From a virus (Duplodnaviria; Caudoviricetes), in IMG/VR virus record IMGVR_UViG_3300020045_003390, positions 15,312 to 79,311 of that record: DNA of 64,000 nt; one strand, written 5' to 3'. Positions 29,202-38,825 of this stretch are shown piece by piece. Both the position numbers and the translations under genes were made by a program. Under the pieces are notes generated by a model that saw only the letters and a list, made by a program, of their open reading frames with translations, searched no databases and was not told the origin of the DNA. The first letter of the stretch is position 1, and each line of letters opens with the position of its first letter.

Positions 29202-29687
29202 TTAGTTTCCTTTCTTCTTTGCTTCTTCAAGTTCAAGTTCTAAATTAGCCAATGCCCTCCAAGCAAGCTTTGCACTATGCCGTTGACCATCAGTATCAAA
29301 CTTACCCCTATCAATCAGGTGTCTACCAATACAATCTGGGTGATCAATAGATTTAGTCCTATCCCAGAATAATTCTTCACCCGGATGGTGTTGGTCATTC
29401 CCTGCTTTAGAGCACTTAGCAACCTCTGCAATCGCAAGTGGAAAGTAATCTAGTACACCTGTAACAATCGGAATTTGTTTTCGTTCTTGAGCATCTGTTG
29501 GGAGGATCATGTTTACTGTAAATGGAATTTCTTTTAAGTCCTTCTGAAAAATAGTCCATCTCTCTCCATTACTTCGGAGAACAATTGGGCACCTTTCCGT
29601 CCCCCAAGGATAGAACCCACCAACAAGTACATTTTCATTGGGGAAATCTTTTCCAATGTAGCGATAATATTTACCATTTTCAATCAT
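29202..29687 (-). CDS. dATP/dGTP diphosphohydrolase-like protein (DUF5664-like)
   Basis: LDYFPLAIAEVAKCS..GNDQH...WDR...RHL...GQRHSAKLAWRALA. Confidence 0.75.
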   Translation of the reverse strand: MIENGKYYRYIGKDFPNENVLVGGFYPWGTERCPIVLRSNGERWTIFQKDLKEIPFTVNMILPTDAQERKQIPIVTGVLDYFPLAIAEVAKCSKAGNDQHHPGEELFWDRTKSIDHPDCIGRHLIDRGKFDTDGQRHSAKLAWRALANLELELEEAKKKGN

Positions 29688-29698
29688 TAAATCCCCTT

Positions 29699-30109
29699 TC
29701 AGTAAGCCTTTCCATTATCCTTCATACGACTCTCGATCTTGTGATCAGACCTTGTGGAGTTATAGGCCAACTTCTCCTGAATAGCCCCAGCAAGATCAAG
29801 GTTCAAAGCACCGCACAAATCCAAAATACGAATCACAGCATCTGCAAGCTCCACTTCAATACCCTTACGATGTGGAAGTTTATCATCCATGAGGTTCTTC
29901 CGCGCAGCTTCCATAGACTCAGAAACTTCACTGTGGATCAAAACTAGTTTCTCAGCAACAAGAGCTTTACCAAATCGAGTACCTTTTCTGCATTCTTCTG
30001 CTAGGTCTTGATTTGTACTAAGACCGGTCCACCAACCAGCTGCAATATTTCCTTGGTGAATCTTTCGTTGTAAAGTTTCAATAGCGTACTGTTCATCCAT
30101 ATCCATCAT
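29699..30109 (-). CDS. MazG-like NTP pyrophosphohydrolase
   Basis: LIHSEVSESMEA...EVELADAVIRILDL...EKLAYN. Confidence 0.85.
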   Translation of the reverse strand: MMDMDEQYAIETLQRKIHQGNIAAGWWTGLSTNQDLAEECRKGTRFGKALVAEKLVLIHSEVSESMEAARKNLMDDKLPHRKGIEVELADAVIRILDLCGALNLDLAGAIQEKLAYNSTRSDHKIESRMKDNGKAY

Positions 30110-30954
30110 TCAATCTTCCTCCTTTACTTCTTTATCAATTTTCTGGATGTTTTCCACAGGAATAATCTCATAAGTCAAGGTAACAGTTGGAATTTCCCCA
30201 GGGACAACTCTTAATTTTGACTCGCAAAATCCCATGCGTTGCGTTCCACAGAAAGAGATAATCTCTTGTGGGATACCCATCACACTCTGTAAAGAAAATT
30301 CTGTAGGTTGTTTCTGAACAGCACCTCGGCCTCTATAAGAGTCATTGAAAGTAAAGTATCTACCGTCAATGTTTTCAGTATATTGCAGCTTAGAAAATTG
30401 GTCTGTATCGTCCACAAGCCCCGCAAGTCCTTTTATCCAAAACCAAACACCAGTTACACAGTCCATCATTCAATCTTCCTCCTTATTAACGACGCAATGC
30501 TTTGCAATACTTTCCCTCAATGTGGGTTCGCAGCTTGTACCCACTAATAAGAGCCTCTCCACAATACTGGCACCTATAGTAACCCATTTATTCAACCTCC
30601 TTATCTAATACTTTGCAATCTATACCTTCTCTAGATAAGACTTTAGGGTTGTAACCTTCTCTCCACAACAACGTAGAATTTGACAATTGAGCCGATCTTT
30701 TCTAGACCGGATACATTTTACGAACTCGTGTGGGAAGTCTGGTCCAACGTATTTATAGCAATCTTCTTCCATAACCTCAAAAGAATCTAGCCCCATTATC
30801 TCTCCAATTTTTTCGAGAGATTCTATATAGTAGGCGGTAGTATCATCCCGAGCTGCTTGAATATCCAAGTGGTGCCTAACCATTGGTTCAACATAGGGTT
30901 GCCGAATTAACCACCAAAAACAGTCCTGATAAAAATCCATCATTCTTCCTCCTT
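30102..30954 (-). repeat. Gene-boundary direct repeats (30102-30124, 30462-30484, variant 30936-30954)
   Basis: AAGGAGGAAGATTGAATGATGGA twice exactly, 360 bp apart; third copy lacks 4 nt. Confidence 0.9.
30486..30587 (-). CDS. 33-aa C2HC zinc-finger miniprotein
   Basis: AAGGAGG RBS; MGYYRCQYCGEALISGYKLRTHIEGKYCKALRR. Confidence 0.65.
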   Translation of the reverse strand: MGYYRCQYCGEALISGYKLRTHIEGKYCKALRR

Positions 30955-31118
30955 CTCTAATACTTCACAATCTTTCTTGAGCACAATATTCAAGCATCCG
31001 TATTCATTCCTCTCACGGCACCAGAATACATCATGACTAATACGTTGTACGTCAAAGATTTCTCCAACGTGAGAACTGTACCAGAACATACTATCGCTGC
31101 AATCAATGATTTTGATTT

Positions 31119-31985
31119 TCATTCTGGTCCTTTCCAACACCCCGAAGGAAGCAATACCATTGGCTCGACAATTGGGAGTGAATCAATAATTAGTCCAGTT
31201 CCAATCAACTGCTTTTTGACATTCACATTAGAGTAAGCGTATGCATAAGAGTCACGATCAATTAAACAACCACATTGTAAACCAAAATACAGCCCAGTTG
31301 GGTTAGCCCAATATTTAGCTCCAAGATCACAGTGGTAATGTCCTTGTACAGCACTCATCCCCATTAGCTGTGACAACTTTAGAACATCTGCTGCTTTACC
31401 ATGATGCACATAACATTGTGTACCATCAGGCAAAGTAAGTGTCATATCAAAGTGCCACTTCCATCCAGACCCTACACCCAACACATCTTGATAACTCTTA
31501 ATGTAATGCTTAGGAATACCATTAGTCTTCGCTTTACGCCACACAAGACTACCATGATTGGACTCTAGGATATCCATCTTTGGAAAGATTTCTTCAAGTT
31601 CTTGAATGAACGGAAGGCTTACTTTCAGCTCATGTCCTGGGGAATAAAGGTCAGGGTCTTTCTCATGATAACTTAAACTATGTTGGTCCAATTCATCACC
31701 CAAGCAAATCACGCGTGTTGGATTGTACTTCTGTTTGAGGTGTAGGAGAAATGCAAAGCTGTCCTGATGATGAAAAGGTATGTGTAAGTCTGAAATGAAA
31801 AGAATTCTAGAATTATCTTCTTTGCTCTGGTTTACTTTGGTATTCTTATTTCCCGAATTCAGAATGTTGCAAACACTACTCTTCTTACTCTCTGACCCAA
31901 GAACAATCTTAGCAATCTCCCGAGAAGAAAATCCAAGTTCACTCAGAGCTTTAATTTTATCTTTTGTTTCTTGTGGATGTTGCAA
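31119..31985 (-). CDS. Calcineurin-like metallophosphoesterase with N-terminal HTH
   Basis: ISDLHIP, GDELD, ESNH, VHHG, GHYH; N-terminal GFSSREIAK; TTG start. Confidence 0.85.
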   Translation of the reverse strand: MQHPQETKDKIKALSELGFSSREIAKIVLGSESKKSSVCNILNSGNKNTKVNQSKEDNSRILFISDLHIPFHHQDSFAFLLHLKQKYNPTRVICLGDELDQHSLSYHEKDPDLYSPGHELKVSLPFIQELEEIFPKMDILESNHGSLVWRKAKTNGIPKHYIKSYQDVLGVGSGWKWHFDMTLTLPDGTQCYVHHGKAADVLKLSQLMGMSAVQGHYHCDLGAKYWANPTGLYFGLQCGCLIDRDSYAYAYSNVNVKKQLIGTGLIIDSLPIVEPMVLLPSGCWKGPE

Positions 31986-32203
31986 GTCTCACTCCTCTTC
32001 AAATGTAGTAATATTAGCTAGTGGGTAGTCTTCAATGCCATAATGATTAAGGGAGATATTAATCCCTACGCTATTATTTTCAATATCATATCCACACCCA
32101 CGAAGAAACTTCACAAACTGATCCAAGGCTAGATACCACACTGGACAATCAGATTCGTGAGTGATAACAGTTCCTTCATCATCCGTGGCTTGAAATGTAA
32201 GTT

Positions 32204-32707
32204 TCATTTATCTTTCCTTTCTTGAATTAACTTCTTTACTTCTGCAAACGTAAACTTCCTAGTCATCAAGGCCGAACGAAAAAGTTTCTTACGTTCAGTT
32301 GCATTACTACCTTGAGGTTGTCCCAGTAAGTGCAGGACTTCTTTCTTTTGTCCTTCTGGGAGTTTATTGAACAATATTCCAGACTTCTTCAACCACTGAT
32401 CATGCCGAAAGCGTTTATCATGAGGTCTTTCGAGAAACGTCGCACACTGCCTCAAGAACTCCGATATTGTACCACTAAACCACCACGACATGTAACGTTT
32501 AAAATTATTTTCTATGACACCTAGTAGACTATTTGCTGCTCTACTAGTAACACCACGAACAAACATTTCGTCATCGTGAGCATGTTCCAAAATTGCTTGG
32601 GACTTATCTAATGGTAAACCTGTTAGTGCACACTTGTTTCCTTGCTCTTTCAGGAGTAAGTCTCGAACTTCTGCTTTATCTTTGGGGCTGTACAACTCAC
32701 GAGTCAT
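32204..32707 (-). CDS. Recombination endonuclease VII-like protein
   Basis: CALTG...LEHAHD...VRG...AANSLLG. Confidence 0.75.
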   Translation of the reverse strand: MTRELYSPKDKAEVRDLLLKEQGNKCALTGLPLDKSQAILEHAHDDEMFVRGVTSRAANSLLGVIENNFKRYMSWWFSGTISEFLRQCATFLERPHDKRFRHDQWLKKSGILFNKLPEGQKKEVLHLLGQPQGSNATERKKLFRSALMTRKFTFAEVKKLIQERKDK

Positions 32708-32919
32708 ACACTGAAGAACTCCTGCCAACCCTCAGAACCAAAGAAATCTTCTGCTGAGAGTGGGTCTAGAAAGTATTCAACCAAAACCTCTAGGGCAAGA
32801 TCAACTTCATCAGTATCTTCATTTTCTGCTGCATCTTGAATGTACTTTGCAACCTTTGTGAGAATTTCACGCTTTGCTTTTGTGTTTAGTTTATTAATGT
32901 TCATATTTCACCTCCAAAG

Positions 32920-33141
32920 TTACTCACCATAAACAACCTCACGCCAATTGTCAATCTCATCATCAGTTAACTGAATGTGCTCTACATATTCAGCAACCCC
33001 TTGATAATTCTTGAAGAACTGCACAAACCAATATCCTCGTGGATAGTCATGGCCTTCGTGAACCACTTCACCATCTAGGACAACTACACACCAATCTCCT
33101 GATTCATCGTTGTTGTCAATGAATTTAATGTTGCTGCTTAT
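32920..33141 (-). CDS. 73-codon ORF with ATA in the start position (missed by ORF track)
   Basis: GAGGA-N6-ATA overlapping the upstream TAA; reads ISSNIKFIDNNDESGDWCVVVLDGEVVHEGH... Confidence 0.5.
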   Translation of the reverse strand: MSSNIKFIDNNDESGDWCVVVLDGEVVHEGHDYPRGYWFVQFFKNYQGVAEYVEHIQLTDDEIDNWREVVYGE

Positions 33142-33334
33142 TCTACATCCTCATAAGCAAATAGTTCATTACCGTCAAAGTAATAGATTGTTTGCTTACC
33201 ATTTCTTTCATAAGTCTCGTGGCAGAAATTCCCTGAAAACTGCCCGTCACTACTGTCAATTAATTCAGCATGTTCTTTACTGAATTCGTAAGTTGCTTGA
33301 ACAGCATTACGTTGTTGCTGTGTTTTGATTTCAA

Positions 33335-34312
33335 TCATATTTCCACCCCCAATCCTTTAAAAGCTTTTCTAAGGTCAATCTTGTCACCTTCCCAACGCCT
33401 CAGATGTGCAAGTTGGAACATCTCATTCATTACATAAAACCAATCAATCTCGAAAGATTCGTTACGCCAATTGGTTATTACTTTTGGTTCCGGGTAGAGA
33501 TATTGGAAATGATCTTTCATAGCAATAAAAGCCTCTGTGTCGTTCTTGCAATCCTTGAGGGCATTGTAGGCTGTTACAGGGCCGTTCTCTTTGTCGGAGA
33601 AGCAGTGTGCTCGGTAGTTATCAGAATCATCTGAACTACAAGCCTGATAGTACTTAAACATCCTGCCATAACCATCAACACCATCTGGCCCTCGCCACAG
33701 TTTACCAAACCCTCTGATTTTCTTCATGTCCTGCTTGGTGTAATCATACCAGTCACCGTCACAACCTTTGTAGTCCTTTTCAGCAATAATTCCCAGCCAA
33801 GGTTTCTTTTCTTTTAATGCCTTATAAGCATCAGTCACGAGATGATCGTCACTCTCGGAACCGTTAGCTACTTTTGCATTATGATTTGAAATCACATAGT
33901 CTCTGCAAGCTGCATGATGTACAGGTTTTGGTGCAGTGCGGTTTCCCTTATAGGGAAGTAAAGTAGCAATGTCAAGTCTAAAGTTTCCAGTGCCCCCAAC
34001 ATAACCATAATAGTTCTTGCAATCAAACTTATCAAGAATAGCTCCAATAGTCACCTTTACTGTATGCAAGGCATTCTCTACAGGTTCTGGTGTAACTACA
34101 CTCTGAATCTCAAAGTCTTCCAGTACGAAACCCTCTTGACCAGATAACCATCCACCAGATTTCTTCTTATCACGCCCATAGAATTCAGTGCGGGTATCAA
34201 AAGTAAAAACTTCTCCTGTAGGTTTGTGCAAACATGAAATACTATTCTTTTGTGCCATTGCAGAACTTCTGTGAATTACTGCATCGTAATCAAAGCATAA
34301 AATCTTACTCAA
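33335..34312 (-). CDS. 5'-3' exonuclease / flap endonuclease (T7 gp6-like)
   Basis: FDYDAVIHR, NFRLDIA..LPYKGNR..PKP, ESDD, EKDY; TTG start after AAGGGGG. Confidence 0.85.
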   Translation of the reverse strand: MSKILCFDYDAVIHRSSAMAQKNSISCLHKPTGEVFTFDTRTEFYGRDKKKSGGWLSGQEGFVLEDFEIQSVVTPEPVENALHTVKVTIGAILDKFDCKNYYGYVGGTGNFRLDIATLLPYKGNRTAPKPVHHAACRDYVISNHNAKVANGSESDDHLVTDAYKALKEKKPWLGIIAEKDYKGCDGDWYDYTKQDMKKIRGFGKLWRGPDGVDGYGRMFKYYQACSSDDSDNYRAHCFSDKENGPVTAYNALKDCKNDTEAFIAMKDHFQYLYPEPKVITNWRNESFEIDWFYVMNEMFQLAHLRRWEGDKIDLRKAFKGLGVEI

Positions 34313-34334
34313 TAACTACCCCCTTTCCTAGAAA

Positions 34335-34348
34335 GACCCTTTCGGGTC
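34335..34348 (-). terminator. GNRA hairpin terminator
   Basis: GACCC-GAAA-GGGTC followed by TTTCT on - strand. Confidence 0.55.
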
Positions 34349-34353
34349 AATCC

Positions 34354-34596
34354 TTAACTCCGAACCTCCTCAATAATCTCCTGAATCTCTTCAGACTGTG
34401 CAAGCAACTCACCAGTCTTTGCTGCACAGATTGCTTTTGCAACCTTAGCTAGCAGGGCAGATTTATAGCCAATTTTCTTGGCTTCATCTTTCACTTCCCT
34501 TACCTGTTCATTGATCGAATCCTGTTCACTGTACAAACGAACCAAGCGGTTAACGATGTCTTTTTGTGATTGATGTACTTTTTCTTGATTTTCCAT
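34354..34596 (-). CDS. GapR/DUF2312-like DNA-binding protein
   Basis: RLVRLYSEQDSINEQVREVKDEAKKIGY..ALLAKV pattern. Confidence 0.65.
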   Translation of the reverse strand: MENQEKVHQSQKDIVNRLVRLYSEQDSINEQVREVKDEAKKIGYKSALLAKVAKAICAAKTGELLAQSEEIQEIIEEVRS

Positions 34597-35745
34597 ATAT
34601 TTCTCCTTTAAATTAATCCTTTAAATTACAGAATGTAAGCCAGTGAACTTAACAGTGGACTAAAATAAATTATAACCGACACCACAGCCACCACTGCACC
34701 AACAATAAGATACTTCATTTCTTGTCCTTAGTAAATTTACTCAATACCCACTCCCACACCCTAAACGGATAATACCCCACCAAAGCAATCCCCGCTGCTG
34801 CAATACTCAGAACACCTCCGATGCTAATCACAGCAAGCAAGAAAAGAACAAAGGCCAGATATCCGATTACTACAATGAATGCACGATAGCTATTCATCAC
34901 CGCCCCGGAATTACTTGAATAGCAATTTTGCGAACGTGAAGTTTTGCATCCTCCTCATATTCAATCAATGATGCATTACGAATCCAACGTGCAGTACTAC
35001 GAGTCTCAAAAATATTTGAAGGCTCAATTCCTCCGTTTACCTCCACTGCCCATGCAATAATAGGAATTTCTCGTGCTGTTTTGGTGACAGAGTTTTTAAC
35101 TTTGTTAGTCATTGTTCTTTCCTTTCTTTGGTTTGTTAGCCTTGTTCCACTCTGCGTTCTTACGCAAACGGTCTGCTGCACGTTTCTTCTCCGCTTCGTT
35201 ACGCTCTTTGGCTTCTTTGCGCATATCTTCCAAAATCTCTTGTTCACTCATTACTTACCTCCTCGTTGGTTATTCATCCGTTTAACTGCTTCATCCACAT
35301 CACGCTGAAGATAGAAAACACGAATGTTCTCATAGGCTTCTGTGTCGAAAATACAGTGGTAGCCATTTACAAATTTAGCCACGTAGCGTTCTTGATTGTT
35401 TTGCATGTTTACTCCTTATTAGCTAATTTAGCTGCTTCTTTTTGGTTAATCCAATTACGCAGACCTTTACCGTAAGAACCTGCTACAAGTTTCATCTTAC
35501 CTTCACTGCAAAGACGATCACGGACTAATTGTCGAGTAGTTCGTTTACCTTGACCAATGCTTGCATTAGCTTTTGCCATAGCATTGGATTCATTACGACG
35601 AGAACGATAGTCCTCAAAGGATTCACCCTCGTAGCGAGCTGGGTTATGGATATTCTTTTCTTCTTGCTTGGCGCTCGTAACTTCGTTACTCTCTTGCATG
35701 TATTTTCTCCTTTACATTAATTCATTTTACCCTAAGACCCTTAGA

Positions 35746-35821
35746 TGGTCCGTCTGGAGAGATTCAAACTCCCGGCTAATCGTGTAGAAAACGACTACTC
35801 TATTCACTGAGTTACAGACGG
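35746..35821 (-). tRNA. tRNA-Arg (anticodon TCT)
   Basis: CCGTCTG/CAGACGG acceptor stem, ACTC/GAGT D-arm, GTCGT-TT TCT AC-ACGAT, T-arm, encoded CCA. Confidence 0.9.
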
Positions 35822-35914
35822 TCAATCTAAAGGCCCTAGAGCCTCGTATAAGCCCCTGAAACAATCTAGGCTAAGGCAGAGTACCTTGAACCTAGAAAGT
35901 TTAACTGAGGGTGT

Positions 35915-36409
35915 TTAATCATCACCATAAACCCTATGCACTTTTCCATGACAACTGGTACAAAGCCAAGTAACCAGTAAAGCCATTTCAATAGAGTACG
36001 AAGAATGGTGTCCGTGAGGGGTACATTGCTTACCACAAAATTCACAAAAACCAGGCCTAAAGATTTTACCATCCCTAATAGCATTTGAGAGGGTGTACCT
36101 GCATACACTTTTGTGTGGGTATCTATCCGCAGACATCTTCTTAATAACTCTACTCCGTTTGAGAACTTCTGGTCTTTTACTATATTCCCTCTGCTTTTGA
36201 ATTCTGTCAGACTCACGATCTTTACTTCGCTCTCTGTCATATTCCTGATAGTAATCCAATCTAGTTTCTCTGTTTTCACGTACATCTTTCTTATTGCACT
36301 CTTTGCACTTGTTAACATGTCCGTCAGCCATCTTTGGGTGCTTGTAAAAGTCGGAGAGTGGTTTAGTCTCTCCGCACTTGAAACACCTCTTATGTTCCTC
36401 TTCTTGCAT
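35915..36409 (-). CDS. HNH-type endonuclease with N-terminal Zn ribbon
   Basis: CFKC...KCKEC; CEFC...HGHH..Y...WLCTSCH..H. Confidence 0.75.
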   Translation of the reverse strand: MQEEEHKRCFKCGETKPLSDFYKHPKMADGHVNKCKECNKKDVRENRETRLDYYQEYDRERSKDRESDRIQKQREYSKRPEVLKRSRVIKKMSADRYPHKSVCRYTLSNAIRDGKIFRPGFCEFCGKQCTPHGHHSSYSIEMALLVTWLCTSCHGKVHRVYGDD

Positions 36410-36414
36410 TTACA

Positions 36415-37461
36415 TCAAAAAGGATCGGAATCCGAGTTTGGATCAAAATCATCCACAGGAGGCTTCGCAGCCTTCTTAGGAACAGCCTTAGCCTTTGCTT
36501 TCTCTGGTACTTTGACCTCGCCTCCATTACCATCATCAGCACCATCAGAATCATCATCCTGGGGTGTGTCTCGTTGGTTGTTGTCATACAAAGCATCAAG
36601 TTGTTTTTGAATCTTGCTACCTTCGTAGTTAGATGCACGTTTGATTGTGTTCTTCACATGATTACGCAACTCCTTCAAGGCTTCAGGATCATTGTCTTGA
36701 TTGAACTGAATTAAGTTCTTTGCAACTTCACAATCGGGGGCTTTCTGACCACGCCCAAGACCACTCACGAACTTGATGTACTCTGTGAAGTATTCCTTAC
36801 CTTTGGACTCTTTGAAGAACACCTGTGCTTCAAAACAGAAAGCCTTACCAACCAACTTGTCAATATCCTTTGGCAAGAAAGGTTCGTCCTTGGATGGGTC
36901 AATCAGCTTTGCAGCAGATGCCATCTGATAGAACAGGTGCTTCTTGTTGAATGACCACTGGTCCTTAGTGTTCTTTGTAACCTTCAGGGGAGTTGGGCGT
37001 CCCACGATCATTCCGACCTCTGGGACGTAGAAACTACCACCAAGCCACAAACGAAGAGGTTTTTCTTCAGCTTCTTTACTGCCAAAGAACTGACCTTTGT
37101 CCAGCATGATATCTGGGAAGTCAACCGAGATTGCAACAGACTGAATAGGCTTCTGAGGCCACCGTTTCAGACGAACTTGTTTCTTTCGCTTTGGATCATT
37201 GGGGTCAATACCATCTTCAAAGTAAGTATTGGGATTCTTAGCAATCTCTACTGCTTCATCATCTTCATTACCTGTGAACGGAACTGCTGCATCATCTTGT
37301 GCTTGTGTGCCAAGATCAACAATAGAGGACACAACACCAACAAGAACCTCTCGATTCTGCAACCCTGCTGCTTCAACCACATAGTGATTCAGAGCATCAA
37401 AGTCAACTTCAGTTTTTTGTTTACCGGAACTAGAACCAGTACTATACGCATCAAAACTCAT
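36415..37461 (-). CDS. Single-stranded DNA-binding protein
   Basis: Replication-cluster context; SSIVDLGTQ; acidic tail ending DDFDPNSDSDPF. Confidence 0.6.
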   Translation of the reverse strand: MSFDAYSTGSSSGKQKTEVDFDALNHYVVEAAGLQNREVLVGVVSSIVDLGTQAQDDAAVPFTGNEDDEAVEIAKNPNTYFEDGIDPNDPKRKKQVRLKRWPQKPIQSVAISVDFPDIMLDKGQFFGSKEAEEKPLRLWLGGSFYVPEVGMIVGRPTPLKVTKNTKDQWSFNKKHLFYQMASAAKLIDPSKDEPFLPKDIDKLVGKAFCFEAQVFFKESKGKEYFTEYIKFVSGLGRGQKAPDCEVAKNLIQFNQDNDPEALKELRNHVKNTIKRASNYEGSKIQKQLDALYDNNQRDTPQDDDSDGADDGNGGEVKVPEKAKAKAVPKKAAKPPVDDFDPNSDSDPF

Positions 37462-37534
37462 ATTTACTCCTTTTAAAAATATCCCTTTTCGGTAGAAGGA
37501 CTAACTACATAAATTCCTAACGAAGTAGGAAATT

Positions 37535-37609
37535 TGGTGCAACAGAGTTGATTCGAACAACTGACCAAGAAATTATGAGTTTCCAGCTCTTCCACTGAGC
37601 TACTGTTGC
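37535..37609 (-). tRNA. tRNA with CAT anticodon (Ile2-like rather than initiator; elongator Met not excluded)
   Basis: GCAACAG/CTGTTGC, GGAAA-CT CAT AA-TTTCT with G27.U43, variable loop TGGTC, TTCGAAT, CCA; extended -10 TGCTATAAT at about 37619-37627. Confidence 0.9.
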
Positions 37610-38825
37610 TTAAACCGAATTATAGCACAGATTTTGCAGGTTTACTCATCTATTTGATCTTTTTGTTTATGTGTTGTTTGATTGCAACAAGTCTGGTGTA
37701 AACCCATCAAGAATAAAAATCCTCTCCGGCATAGAAAGAGTTGAAGTCTTGTTGTCAACTTTAGATTTTTCTTCTTCGGACATTTCTTTGAAGTGCGACT
37801 CTCCTCCTGGATTGTAAACAAATTTGCAGTACTTTCGTGGTGCAGTTTTACCATCTTGTAAATTGACATCCCAATTCGGTTGTCCATAAGACGATTCAAG
37901 TTTGATTGCCTTAATCTTATCCTCAAGAACTTCCTTCACTTGGTACACAGCAAGATTTGCTGATCGTCCAACTGTAAGAGCATAGCAGATGTAGTGCCCA
38001 ACTTGGACTTCTCTTCCTAGTAGGTCTTTCATACCTTCTCCATATATTTCAAAGTTTGCCAGAACATAGGTGCAGCCATATCCATGAAGGTGTCTTTTGC
38101 AAGCGGACTCAAACGAAGTTCATCCTCTAAATAGAACCACTGAACTTGTGCATGATACGTATCCCCAGCGATTTCTTTTCCTAGTGCCTCAAAGAACGAT
38201 GCTTGTTGATCAGCGCACATACTCCAGAAAGTCTTTGCCATCATTTCAGGCGTAATTTCAACTTCTATAGGAATTTCCATGTTACTCCTCCAACTCTTTG
38301 ATGTACGATTTGACCTTAGCAATGTTGCCATCTCTATCATTATCATAACCACCACACGACAAGTAGAATTTATCAGACTGCAAATACTCTACTGTAGTTT
38401 CTTCTGGTTCAAACTGTCCTTCAAACCCATAGCAAGAGCAATGGCTTCCATGTGTTTCATACAGATTACCGGACTTTCTATCTCTAAGCAGGAACCAAGA
38501 TGAACTATCACAACCCCATGAGCCTACACTTTCGTAAGCCACAAGCACTTGATACTTCTTTACTTCGCTCAGCGGTACTTCATAGTTATCAGAAATATGT
38601 TTATACACATCTTCTTGTGTGTAGGTTGCCAAATCTTCAAGATACAATCGTTTCATATTTACTCCTTTTCCAAATTAAGTTTATCAATTGAATTCTCCCA
38701 GCAAACCAAGGCTAACTCCATCAGGTCACATCTCTGGATGAAGAAGCGTTGGATGATTTCTCCTGATTCGGTTAGCTTGAGTATACAGGAGAATTTGGTG
38801 TCGTAGAGGTAGTGATAGATAGTCA

